From positions 84,854 through 148,853 of the forward strand of contig CAKSFN010000004.1 of the NCBI GenBank assembly GCA_934454405.1: DNA of 64,000 nucleotides, given 5' to 3'. Below, piece after piece: positions 27,280-35,971 of this stretch. Each line of letters starts with the position of its first letter. The first letter of the stretch is position 1. The position numbers were made by a program, and so were the translations under genes. The DNA is from an uncultured Eubacteriales bacterium (lineage in GTDB: Bacteria; Bacillota; Clostridia; Oscillospirales; UBA644). Below the pieces are notes generated by a model that made no database searches, was not told the DNA's origin, and worked only from the letters and a program-made list of their open reading frames with translations.

Positions 27280-27645
27280 ATGAAAGAGATCAAACGAGGT
27301 GAAATCTATGCCGTTGACTTCGGTACAGGCTTCGGCAGTGAGCAAGGCGGAACGCGCCCGTCCTTGATTTTACAGAATGATATCGGCAACAAGCACAGCC
27401 CCACCACCATCGTGGCGGCGATCACAGGCAGAAAAACAAAGGCAGCTCTGCCCACCCATGTGAAAATCATGGCGAAAGGGCTTAAAACCGAATCCACCGT
27501 CCTGCTTGAACAAATCAGAACGATAGACAAAGCGAGGCTCGGCGAATACATCGGCAGGCTCGACGGCAAAACCCTCGCCGCCGTTGACCGTGCCATTGTA
27601 GTGAGTCTCGGCATCAAATATTTGGAGGAACTACTCAATGGATAA
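27280..27645 (+). CDS. mazF: MazF/PemK-family type II toxin endoribonuclease
   Basis: ATG at 27280 after ACGGAGG. RGEIYAVDFGTGFGSEQGGTRPSLILQNDIGNKHSPTTIVAAITG... is a textbook PemK/MazF sequence. Confidence 0.85.
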   Translation: MKEIKRGEIYAVDFGTGFGSEQGGTRPSLILQNDIGNKHSPTTIVAAITGRKTKAALPTHVKIMAKGLKTESTVLLEQIRTIDKARLGEYIGRLDGKTLAAVDRAIVVSLGIKYLEELLNG

Positions 27646-27793
27646 AAGAACCGACATCAACAATACATCATTCGCTTACAGTGTAAACCTATTAAAAATG
27701 CTCCTCGCCATGCAACTCATCACCGTGGATGAATACGAAAGAATCGCTCAGATTAGTGCCGAACATTACGGTGCTGATCTTATTTATGTCTGA
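27638..27793 (+). CDS. Small conserved protein (51 aa) preceding the recombinases
   Basis: ATG overlaps the mazF stop by 8 nt, with GGAGGAA upstream. LLKMLLAMQLITVDEYERIAQISAEHYG resembles short helical proteins I recall upstream of clostridial serine recombinases. It is too short to appear in the ORF track. Confidence 0.45.
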   Translation: MDKRTDINNTSFAYSVNLLKMLLAMQLITVDEYERIAQISAEHYGADLIYV

Positions 27794-27912
27794 AATCTTA
27801 ATTCTCAAGTTTTTGCGAAAAACCGCTGGAAGTATTCGAACTATTGTGGTATGGTGTGTCGTGCCAAAAGGCGAATAACAGCAAGGCGACCCCTTGCGGA
27901 AAGGAGAAAGAC

Positions 27913-29457
27913 ATGAACATTACTGAAATCACAAGCACAAAGAAGCAGACAGCCGAACGGCTTCGGTTAGCCCCGTACTGCCGGGTGTCGAGTGACTCTA
28001 CCGACCAGCTCCACTCCTTCGCCGCACAGATCCGCTACTACAGCGACTATGCCAAGAAGCATCCCGAATATCAGCTTGTCGACATTTATGCCGATGAGGG
28101 CATCACGGGAACCGAGATGAAAAAGCGGGACGAGCTGAATCGGCTGATAGCCGACTGCAGGAAAGGTAAGGTCGACCGCATCATCGTCAAGTCGGTTTCC
28201 CGATTGGCACGGAACACCGAGGAGCTGCTCGTGCTGCTGCGGATGTGCAAAGAGATCGGCGTAAGCGTGTATTTCGAGGAACAGGGCATCGACACCGAAA
28301 AACTGAATATGGAGATGATCGTAACATTCCCCGGTATGGCCGCACAGCAAGAAAGTGTGAACATATCGGGGAATTTGCGTTGGAGCTATCAAAAGCGGAT
28401 GCAGTCCGGTGACTTCAACTGCACCTGTCCGGCTTACGGCTTCGACCTCAAAGACGGGCAAATGACCGTCAACGAAACGGAGGCGACGGTCATACGGCGC
28501 ATATTCGATCTATACCTCCAAGGATACGGTACGCTTGCCATTGCGAAAATGCTGAATGAGGACGGCATACCGCGGAAACACGGCTACGAAAAATGGCTGC
28601 CGAGTTCAATCAACTATGTATTGAACAACGAACGCTATATGGGAGATGCGCTCCTGCAGAAAAGCTACACCACCGAAACACTGCCGTTTCGGAAAATGAA
28701 AAACGACGGACGGCTGCCGCAATACTATGTAGAGAACAGCAATCCTGCCATCGTCAGCCGAGAAACCTTTCAGGCGGCGCAGAACCTGCTGTGCTCACGG
28801 AAAACGGAAAGATGCAAAAGAAAGTCCTATCCGCTGACCGGAAAGCTGCGCTGTCCCGAATGCGGCAGAGCCTTCCGGCATCAGGTGGTAAACGGCAAGG
28901 CGCATTGGATATGCTCCTGCCGCTCGTCCGGTGCAACCGACTGCCAGCACCGCCATGTGCGTGAGGATATCGTATACGGGATATTCACCGATATGGTTAT
29001 CAAGCTGAAAACCTACCGAGGCGAACTGCTCGGTACGCTGATTCACCAAATGGAAACCATGCAGGACCGCACAAGCCGCAATCAGGAACGCATACGGCAG
29101 ATAGACAGAGAAATCGCCGACCTCGGTGCAAAGAACCATATCATTGCAAGGTTGCACACAAGCGGCGCTATGAACGCCGCCGATTACGCCATGCAGACTT
29201 CGGAGATCGGCAATCGCCTCACCGAGCTGCGCATCGAACGGCGGCAAAAGCTCACCGAGGATGAGAACGACCAACTGCTCGCCACCCTCAAAGACTTGAA
29301 CGGCATCCTCGATGAATACGAGCCGACCGTCGAGTTTGACAACGGGCTGTTTGACGAAATCGTCGAGAGCATCACGGTGGACAGCAGCGAACAACTGACC
29401 TTCAAGCTCATCGGCGGCATTGCACTGACCGAGCAAATCCCCAAGAAAGGACGGTGA
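27913..29457 (+). CDS. Large serine recombinase 1 (resolvase catalytic domain, recombinase domain, zinc ribbon, coiled coil)
   Basis: ATG at 27913 after AAGGAGAAAG. Catalytic LAPYCRVSSDSTDQ with the Ser nucleophile, SRLARN, recombinase domain, CPECGRAF...C zinc ribbon. Confidence 0.9.
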   Translation: MNITEITSTKKQTAERLRLAPYCRVSSDSTDQLHSFAAQIRYYSDYAKKHPEYQLVDIYADEGITGTEMKKRDELNRLIADCRKGKVDRIIVKSVSRLARNTEELLVLLRMCKEIGVSVYFEEQGIDTEKLNMEMIVTFPGMAAQQESVNISGNLRWSYQKRMQSGDFNCTCPAYGFDLKDGQMTVNETEATVIRRIFDLYLQGYGTLAIAKMLNEDGIPRKHGYEKWLPSSINYVLNNERYMGDALLQKSYTTETLPFRKMKNDGRLPQYYVENSNPAIVSRETFQAAQNLLCSRKTERCKRKSYPLTGKLRCPECGRAFRHQVVNGKAHWICSCRSSGATDCQHRHVREDIVYGIFTDMVIKLKTYRGELLGTLIHQMETMQDRTSRNQERIRQIDREIADLGAKNHIIARLHTSGAMNAADYAMQTSEIGNRLTELRIERRQKLTEDENDQLLATLKDLNGILDEYEPTVEFDNGLFDEIVESITVDSSEQLTFKLIGGIALTEQIPKKGR

Positions 29458-29464
29458 AACCCGA

Positions 29465-30433
29465 ATGAAAAACAGAATCCTGCCTTACGGCTACTGCTGT
29501 AAAGACGGCGTTATCGTCATAGAGCCACAGGAGAGCAAAGTGCTGAAACAGATCTTTGCCGCCTACCTTGACGGCTCCTCTATGCTGACCATAGCCGAGC
29601 AGCTGAACAGAGAGAAAATCGAATACAGGGACGGCGTTACCGACTGGAACAAGGGGCGGCTCAAGCATCTCATTGACAACACAAAATATCTCGGCACAGA
29701 GGTGTATCCGCCGATCATCGATCAAGCAACCTATGAGAAAACACAGAAAACAAAGCATGGGCGCAACACTCAAAGGGATACGGACAAAACACAAGACATA
29801 TTCAAACTGACCATCCCCGTCCGATGCCCAAGCTGCGGTGACCGAATGCGCCGCCGACATGACAGCCGATGCAAATGCCAAGAGCGTTGGACTTGTGAGA
29901 ACACGACCTGCCGTCTGCGGATCGAGATATCCGATGCCGAATTGCTGACCGCACTTGCCGACCTTCTCGGCACGGTAACCGCCGACAGCATCACACTGCC
30001 TGCCGAAGCGCCCTACGAACCGAGCGCCGAGGTAACACGGCTGAATAACGAGATCAGCCGTATGCTTGACGCAGCAGAAATCGACAAAGCTGTATTGCGA
30101 AGCAAAATGACGGAGTGCCTCGCCCGGAAATATAAAGAACTCGGCAACGGGTGCTGTGCCGTACAAAGGCTGAAAGCCGAACTTGGCAGTACGGCAGACA
30201 TCGCCGAGCGGCTGAACCGCACGGTCAGCGAAATACGCCTGTACACCGACAAAACGGCAGACATCATACTGCTGAACGGACAGATCATACGAAAGGAGCA
30301 AGGTCATGCAACAAACAACGGTCGCCCCTCAGAGAGTGGTGCGGATAATCGAACCGACCATATCGGTCAGAGAAAGCGTGAAAAGCCATTACCGAGTCCT
30401 GCGGGTGGCGGCATACTGCCGCGTTTCCACTAA
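29465..30433 (+). CDS. Recombinase-domain protein lacking the N-terminal serine catalytic domain
   Basis: Starts directly in the recombinase domain (LPYGYCCKDGVIVIEPQESKVLKQIFAAYLDG), has CPSCGDRM...C and a coiled coil, and has no R-V-S motif. Its 3' end overlaps the next gene by 128 nt out of frame. Confidence 0.7.
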   Translation: MKNRILPYGYCCKDGVIVIEPQESKVLKQIFAAYLDGSSMLTIAEQLNREKIEYRDGVTDWNKGRLKHLIDNTKYLGTEVYPPIIDQATYEKTQKTKHGRNTQRDTDKTQDIFKLTIPVRCPSCGDRMRRRHDSRCKCQERWTCENTTCRLRIEISDAELLTALADLLGTVTADSITLPAEAPYEPSAEVTRLNNEISRMLDAAEIDKAVLRSKMTECLARKYKELGNGCCAVQRLKAELGSTADIAERLNRTVSEIRLYTDKTADIILLNGQIIRKEQGHATNNGRPSESGADNRTDHIGQRKREKPLPSPAGGGILPRFH

Positions 30434-31943
30434 GCAGGAGGAACAGCTCAATAGCTACGAAAATCAGGTGCAGCACTATACTGAACGCATCAATTCCGAA
30501 AACGGATGGACGCTTGAAGGTATCTACGCCGACAAGGGCATCTCCGGCACAAGCGTAAAGAACCGAGATGAATTCAACCGCATGATCCGCCGATGCAAGC
30601 AAGGGAAAATCGACATGATCATCACGAAATCCATCGCCCGGTTTGCGAGGAACACCGTCGACTGCTTGAAATATGTCCGACTGCTCAATGACCTCGGTGT
30701 CGATGTGTACTTCGAGGAGCAGGGCATCCACAGCAATCAGCCCGGCGCCGAGTTTTACATTACGATCTACGGCAGCATCGCGCAAAGCGAATCGGAAAAT
30801 ATCAGCGCCAACATTAAATGGGGCAAGGCGCAGGCCGCCCGTGAAGGCAAGGTGGTATTCAGATACAAGAACTTCCTCGGCTACCGCAAGGGCGAGGACG
30901 GACAACCCGAAATCGTCCCCGAAGAAGCCGAAACGATCCGCCTTATATATGACCGCTTCCTCGCAGGCGACAGCTTAAAAGGAATTGCCAAACTACTTGA
31001 AGAAAAGGGCATCAAAAGCCCAACGGGAAAAGCAGAATGGCAGTTTTCCACGATACAGTCCATTCTCTCCAACGAGAGGTACAAAGGCGATGCCATCATC
31101 AATAAGACCTACATCACCGACTGCATCAGCAAAAAGGTCAGAGTCAACAACGGCGAACGCCCGAAATACTATGTAGAAAACAGCCACCCTGCCATTATCG
31201 ACTCGGCTACCTTCGGCAGGGTTCAGGAGGAGCTCGCGCGGCGCTCCGGCAAACGCAAGATCAGCCGAAAAGCCAAGACCGAACAAGGCAAATACTCAAG
31301 CAAATACGCTCTGACAGAACTACTCGTCTGCGGTGAATGCAAGTCCGCCTACCGCCGATGCACATGGACGGCAAACGGTAAAAAGAAAATCGTGTGGCGA
31401 TGCATCAACCGCATTGAATACGCCAAGAAATACTGTCATAACTCACCCTCCGTAGAGGAAAGCATACTGCAACGGGCTGTGATGGCGGCGATCATGGAAA
31501 CCGCCAACCAAAATGCCGAGGTATTGCGAACACTGAAGCTGCACATCGGCATGGGCTTGGCGGGAGAAAAGAGCGAGGATAAGAGCATCGACCTACAGAT
31601 ACGGATCGCCGAAATCGACGCAGAATTCAAAAAAATGCTCGACCGAGTGTCCACCGACACCATCGAAGCCTTTGACGAGGAAACTGCAACTCGGCTCATG
31701 AACGAAAAAAGCCGCCTGCAACAGCAGCTCGACAGCATAGCCGACGCTGAGCAACGGCGTGAAAACGCAAAATCCCGACTCGATGACATCTACATGATAC
31801 TCGACGGCATAAAGAACCATCCGATGGAATACGATGACCGAATCGTCCGCCAACTGCTCGAATGTGTAGTGGTGGACTCAAAAGAGCAGATTACCGTAAT
31901 ATTCAAAGGCGGACTTAAATCGGTGCAGCCGCTGACCGAATGA
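30306..31943 (+). CDS. Large serine recombinase 2
   Basis: ATG lies 9 nt after AAGGAG. VAAYCRVSTKQEEQ catalytic Ser, ARFARN, recombinase domain, CGECKSAY...C zinc ribbon, C-terminal coiled coil. Confidence 0.9.
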   Translation: MQQTTVAPQRVVRIIEPTISVRESVKSHYRVLRVAAYCRVSTKQEEQLNSYENQVQHYTERINSENGWTLEGIYADKGISGTSVKNRDEFNRMIRRCKQGKIDMIITKSIARFARNTVDCLKYVRLLNDLGVDVYFEEQGIHSNQPGAEFYITIYGSIAQSESENISANIKWGKAQAAREGKVVFRYKNFLGYRKGEDGQPEIVPEEAETIRLIYDRFLAGDSLKGIAKLLEEKGIKSPTGKAEWQFSTIQSILSNERYKGDAIINKTYITDCISKKVRVNNGERPKYYVENSHPAIIDSATFGRVQEELARRSGKRKISRKAKTEQGKYSSKYALTELLVCGECKSAYRRCTWTANGKKKIVWRCINRIEYAKKYCHNSPSVEESILQRAVMAAIMETANQNAEVLRTLKLHIGMGLAGEKSEDKSIDLQIRIAEIDAEFKKMLDRVSTDTIEAFDEETATRLMNEKSRLQQQLDSIADAEQRRENAKSRLDDIYMILDGIKNHPMEYDDRIVRQLLECVVVDSKEQITVIFKGGLKSVQPLTE

Positions 31944-32058
31944 CAGCGGCTCACTGCTGCCCCTAACCTTGAAAGTTCAAGATTTTTCGTAAGGGAACAA
32001 ATACTAACCCCAAAAAGGCGAAAAAATCTATTTTATAGTCCTCCCACAAACAAGAATA

Positions 32059-32104
32059 ATCCGAACCTAATCCTGATGGATTTTGGGTTCGGATTTTCTT
32101 TTTA
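32059..32104 (+). terminator. Rho-independent terminator after the recombinase genes
   Basis: ATCCGAACCTAA-loop-TTGGGTTCGGAT (one mismatch) followed by TTTCTTTTT. Confidence 0.65.
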
Positions 32105-32206
32105 CCTCGGTGACTTGTCATGAACGCGCCTATGGAACGCGCACGGGCTCCGCCGGAAATCCTTTCGGTTGCAAATATAAGAAAACAGCTTGAAAGGATG
32201 ATAAAT

Positions 32207-32563
32207 ATGAAATACGAAATTACCTACAAAGAGAAAAACGGTCTGCTCTACCCCGACTTCCTTCTGCCGGAGCAAGCACGCTACCCAATCGGCAAATACG
32301 GAAGTTTACGCCTTGCATTTATAAAGGAGCATCGGAAAGGTACTTACACCACAGTTTTGACGCAGTGTCGATTGAATGCGTATCTTCATGACATTGACAT
32401 TGCGGCGAAAGAACAGGTGCGGTTGATCACCGCTCAGCTTGCCCAATCCCGTGGCATTGATGAAAAGCTGAAAGTTACCGACCCGCTCGAATGGGTGGTG
32501 CAGATGAATTCCTGCAAGACCACTGCTGAGGAAATCGTCATGAGTGAGATCATCTACCAATAA
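32207..32563 (+). CDS. tnpV: TnpV family protein (Tn4451-type accessory protein)
   Basis: ATG at 32207. ITYKEKNGLLYPDFLLPEQARYPIGKYGSLRLAFIKEHRKGTYTTVLTQCRLNAYLHDID matches the TnpV pattern as I remember it. Confidence 0.75.
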   Translation: MKYEITYKEKNGLLYPDFLLPEQARYPIGKYGSLRLAFIKEHRKGTYTTVLTQCRLNAYLHDIDIAAKEQVRLITAQLAQSRGIDEKLKVTDPLEWVVQMNSCKTTAEEIVMSEIIYQ

Positions 32564-32581
32564 AATAATTGAAATCTGTCT

Positions 32582-32632
32582 GAACAAGGAGGAATAGTAT
32601 TTACTCTCTTACTTGCTGGCAATCCTCCTTGT
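32582..32632. repeat. Inverted repeat AACAAGGAGGA-N29-TCCTCCTTGTT
   Basis: 11-bp perfect arms, read directly. Located 19 nt after the tnpV stop, near the presumed right end of the element. Confidence 0.7.
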
Positions 32633-32647
32633 TGAGACGCAAAATTT

Positions 32648-32694
32648 TGAGCCTGCAACGGTTTCGCCTTGAAATCGCTGCAGGCTCATTTTTA
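32648..32694 (+). terminator. Rho-independent terminator
   Basis: TGAGCCTGCA-N21-TGCAGGCTCA followed by TTTTTA. Confidence 0.65.
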
Positions 32695-32738
32695 TGGCAT
32701 TCAGAATGTCGATGCATACGCCCTCTACAATATTCTCT

Positions 32739-33228
32739 TTACAGCTTCACGATAAATTCAGAGAACTTCTCGATCATCAGTTCCTTATCAAAACGAATAA
32801 CGGCTAAAGTAACATGAGTCAGACAGCCCTCATAGTTGTTCGACTCGCTTTTTATCTGATTAAGATGCTACCGTGCAGTACTGTCTGTGTTCCCACTTGT
32901 ATTTCTCATCCGCAAAAATAATTTAAATTCGGCAAGTTCAACAAGAACCAACGGTGCTATGGGCTTGACAAAATTTCGCTATATAACAACGCCTGCGATT
33001 CCGGCGGCAGTTACGCCAGTAATTACGAAATCATCGACAAACTCAAGCAATTCGATGACAAACATTGCAGCTGTGCTCTGATTGCCTGCCGCACCTGCAA
33101 ACAGCCGGCTGTGACACCTTTGGAATAATTTTCGGTAAATAGCTACCACTGGGCATAAATCGATAGAAAGCTAAAACATTGCTTTTAATAGTAATAATAC
33201 TTCTATTATCAGCCTGAGATTTTTCCAT
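32739..33228 (-). pseudogene. Decayed gene remnant of unknown identity, divergent from the R-M operon
   Basis: Protein-like segments occur in three different minus-strand frames, separated by stops. Examples: MEKSQADNRSIITIKSNVLAFYRFMPSGSYLPKIIPK, FAGAAGNQSTAAMFVIELLEFVDDFVITGVTAAGIAGVVI and NNYEGCLTHVTLAVIRFDKELMIEKFSEFIVKL. Confidence 0.3.
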
Positions 33229-33245
33229 ATTTTTGTGAGTATATC

Positions 33246-33274
33246 TTGACAAATCGTGTGTGTTATGCTATAAT
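33246..33274 (+). promoter_or_regulatory. Consensus sigma-70 promoter TTGACA-N17-TATAAT (with TGC extended -10) for the HTH-M-R operon
   Basis: Hexamers at 33246-33251 and 33269-33274, 35 nt upstream of the ATG at 33309. Confidence 0.65.
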
Positions 33275-33308
33275 GATATTATAATCTTTCGTGATGGAGA
33301 AATTCACT

Positions 33309-33512
33309 ATGCCTGTGAGCTATAATAAGCTTTGGAAGTTGCTTATTGATAAAAAAATGACTCGCACTGATTTGAAAGAAAGGTCTGGAGTCAGCTTCAA
33401 TATTATTGCCAAGATGGGAAAAAACGAATTTGTCTCTATGGAAAGTCTGCATAAAATTTGCTTGACACTTAAATGTGGAATTGAAGAGATTATGGAGTTT
33501 ACAGACTTATGA
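33309..33512 (+). CDS. XRE/Cro-type HTH protein, likely controller (C-protein-like) of the R-M operon
   Basis: ATG lies 9 nt after GGAGA. Paralogous to ORF 9495-9728. Its stop overlaps the methyltransferase start (ATGA). Confidence 0.7.
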   Translation: MPVSYNKLWKLLIDKKMTRTDLKERSGVSFNIIAKMGKNEFVSMESLHKICLTLKCGIEEIMEFTDL

Positions 33513-34993
33513 GTATGATTGATTATGCATTTCAAACCACAGCAAAATACATCGATCGTATGCCAAAATCTTTGCGCAAAAAGTATGGTCAGTTTTTTAC
33601 CAGTCCAGAAACAGCAGCGTTTATGGCAGGATTATTTACAATCCCTCATCAAAATGTCATATCTGTTCTTGATCCAGGTGCTGGGTCTGGTATTCTGTCG
33701 GTTGCTTTAATTGAAAGATTACAGAATGTGTCTGATGTTAGTAGAATAGAAGTGGTTTGTTATGAAAATGATCCCAATGTCTTGGAATTGCTGCAAGCAA
33801 ACCTCGATTTGGCGTGTAAATATTCCAATAAGACAGTATCATATCAAATTATTACAGATAATTATATTTTAAGCCAAATGTCTGATTATAATTATTTGCT
33901 TGATGCCAGTCCAAATCCGAAAAAATTTGATCTTGTAATTGCTAATCCTCCATATATGAAGATTGCCAAAGATGCGCCGGAAGCCTTGGCGATGCCTGAT
34001 GTATGCTATGGTGCACCAAATCTATATTTCTTGTTCGTATCTATGAGTTTGTTTAATTTGAATGATTTGGGTGAAATGGTCTACATTATCCCTCGCTCAT
34101 GGACATCAGGTGTTTACTTCAAGCAATTCCGCAAACATCTCTTTAAAGAGGGTGTATTGGAACATATCCATTTATTTGTTAGCCGAGATAAGGTGTTTGA
34201 GAAAGAAAGTGTCCTGCAAGAAACGATTATAATAAAAGTTAAAAAGACTGTTGCCAAGACAAACAGCATTACAATTTCTACCACTCAAAGTAACAGCGAT
34301 TTTTCAAATAGAACAGTGTTTGAGGCTCCTTATGATACCGTTGTCAATGGTAAAGATTGTTACGTCTATCTGGTAACAAATAAGGATGAGGCTGACATAC
34401 TAAATACTTTGAATCGCCTAAGCAATACACTTCCAAGTATTGGCTTACGGATGAAAACTGGATTAACTGTGGATTTTAGAAACCGTGAAGCGCTGCGAGA
34501 TAATGCAGAAGAAGATGCAGTACCTCTTTTCTATTCTCAGCACATTCAAAATGGAAAAGTCGTATTCCCTGTAGGGAAAGAACACGAGTACATTGTAACA
34601 GGGCAACGTGGACTATTACAAGACAACACCAATTATTTGTTTGTGAAGCGCTTTACAGCAAAAGAAGAACACCGCCGCCTTCAGTGTGGTGTGTACTTGG
34701 CCAGAAAGCATCCTGAATATGCGGAGATTAGCACACAGAATAAAATCAATTTTATCAGCGGACTCCGTGAGTTATCAGAGTGTGTTGTTTATGGACTCTA
34801 TGTGCTATTCAATTCTACACTGTATGACAGCTATTATCGCATCTTGAACGGATCTACACAGGTGAACTCCACTGAAATCAATTCCATGCCAGTTCCACCT
34901 ATGAATACGATTGAAGCGATGGGGAAGGAATTGATTCGCGCCAGAGATATGTCGGAATCGACTTGTGACAATATTTTGAGGAGCTATATATGA
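33509..34993 (+). CDS. N6-adenine DNA methyltransferase, Eco57I/PstI-type (gamma class)
   Basis: YGQFFTSPETAAFMAG, AdoMet motif VLDPGAGSGILS and catalytic VIANPPYMKI, in that order. Length is close to M.PstI/M.BsuBI-type enzymes. Confidence 0.85.
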   Translation: MSMIDYAFQTTAKYIDRMPKSLRKKYGQFFTSPETAAFMAGLFTIPHQNVISVLDPGAGSGILSVALIERLQNVSDVSRIEVVCYENDPNVLELLQANLDLACKYSNKTVSYQIITDNYILSQMSDYNYLLDASPNPKKFDLVIANPPYMKIAKDAPEALAMPDVCYGAPNLYFLFVSMSLFNLNDLGEMVYIIPRSWTSGVYFKQFRKHLFKEGVLEHIHLFVSRDKVFEKESVLQETIIIKVKKTVAKTNSITISTTQSNSDFSNRTVFEAPYDTVVNGKDCYVYLVTNKDEADILNTLNRLSNTLPSIGLRMKTGLTVDFRNREALRDNAEEDAVPLFYSQHIQNGKVVFPVGKEHEYIVTGQRGLLQDNTNYLFVKRFTAKEEHRRLQCGVYLARKHPEYAEISTQNKINFISGLRELSECVVYGLYVLFNSTLYDSYYRILNGSTQVNSTEINSMPVPPMNTIEAMGKELIRARDMSESTCDNILRSYI

Positions 34994-35907
34994 GTAAATT
35001 AGAGGAAGCAAAAGAAATTCTAAGTTCGTTGAAAGTTCCATCAAAACAGCAAAACGGTATGTGCTGCTGTGTATTGCTGGCAATGGCTAATCTGACAGAA
35101 GAAGAGTCATGGGGCTCTGCCACTAATAATTGGATTCGAATTCACGATGTCATTGCGTTCGCAAACGGCAATTACGGAATGACCTATGCAGAAAATAGCC
35201 GCGAAACCTTCCGCAAGCAAGCCATGCACCACTTTAGAAATGCAGCGTTCATTGAGGATAACGGAAAGGCAACCAACAGTCCAAACTATCAGTATCGCTT
35301 AACGGATGAGATGCTGCACTTGATTCAGAGCTTTGGCACAGCAGACTGGGAGAAAAGTTTGGCGCGTTTTATGGAAAATCATGACTCACTTGTTGACCTC
35401 TATGCCTCTAAACGGACAATGAGAAAAATGCCTGTAAAAATCAATGGCGAAGACTTCACATTCTCGCCGGGCAAGCACAACCAACTGCAAAAAGCAATTA
35501 TCGAGGAATTTGCGTCCCGCTTCGCGCCTAACTCCGAGTGCCTGTATGTTGGGGATACCACAGAGAAAGACTTGGTTAAAAATGTGGACAAGCTCCGTGC
35601 TTTGGGCTTTGAAATAACGTTGCACGACAAGATGCCCGATGTTGTCCTCTACGCTGAAGACAAGGATTGGCTATACTTTATCGAATCGGTTACATCCGTT
35701 GGACCGATGGAGCCTAAGCGTATCAAAGAAATTGAGGAAATGACGACTGGCGTTACAGCCGGGAAAATATATGTTACAGCATTTCTGGACTTCAAGACAT
35801 TCAAGCAGTTTTCAGAATCTCTTGCGTGGGAAACAGAGGTTTGGATTGCCGATATGCCAGATCACATGATCCATTTGAACGGAGATAAGTTTTTAGGGCC
35901 AAGATGA
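34990..35907 (+). CDS. Type II restriction endonuclease, BsuBI/PstI-like
   Basis: ATGA overlap with the methyltransferase. Size is ~305 aa. MPDVVLYAEDKDWLYFIESVTSVGP looks like a PD...E-x-V/K nuclease core. The family call is from memory of BsuBI/PstI proteins and is not verified. Confidence 0.65.
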   Translation: MSKLEEAKEILSSLKVPSKQQNGMCCCVLLAMANLTEEESWGSATNNWIRIHDVIAFANGNYGMTYAENSRETFRKQAMHHFRNAAFIEDNGKATNSPNYQYRLTDEMLHLIQSFGTADWEKSLARFMENHDSLVDLYASKRTMRKMPVKINGEDFTFSPGKHNQLQKAIIEEFASRFAPNSECLYVGDTTEKDLVKNVDKLRALGFEITLHDKMPDVVLYAEDKDWLYFIESVTSVGPMEPKRIKEIEEMTTGVTAGKIYVTAFLDFKTFKQFSESLAWETEVWIADMPDHMIHLNGDKFLGPR

Positions 35908-35971
35908 ATAATATGACAGTTATTTATTGCAAAACGCCCACTAAGTTATCGATAAAAAGGAAGAGATTAAA

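Larger units (their letters stand above)
1..32700. mobile_element. Integrative conjugative/mobilizable element. The left end is outside the window and the right boundary is approximate. It has a relaxase/T4CP/primase backbone, ~16 kb of cargo and a serine-recombinase integration module.
   Basis: Relaxase, coupling protein, Toprim protein, sigma-like protein, three tandem serine recombinase genes and TnpV all lie on the + strand. No VirB4-like ATPase is visible, so self-transmissibility cannot be judged. Boundaries were not mapped (no att repeats identified). Confidence 0.7.
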
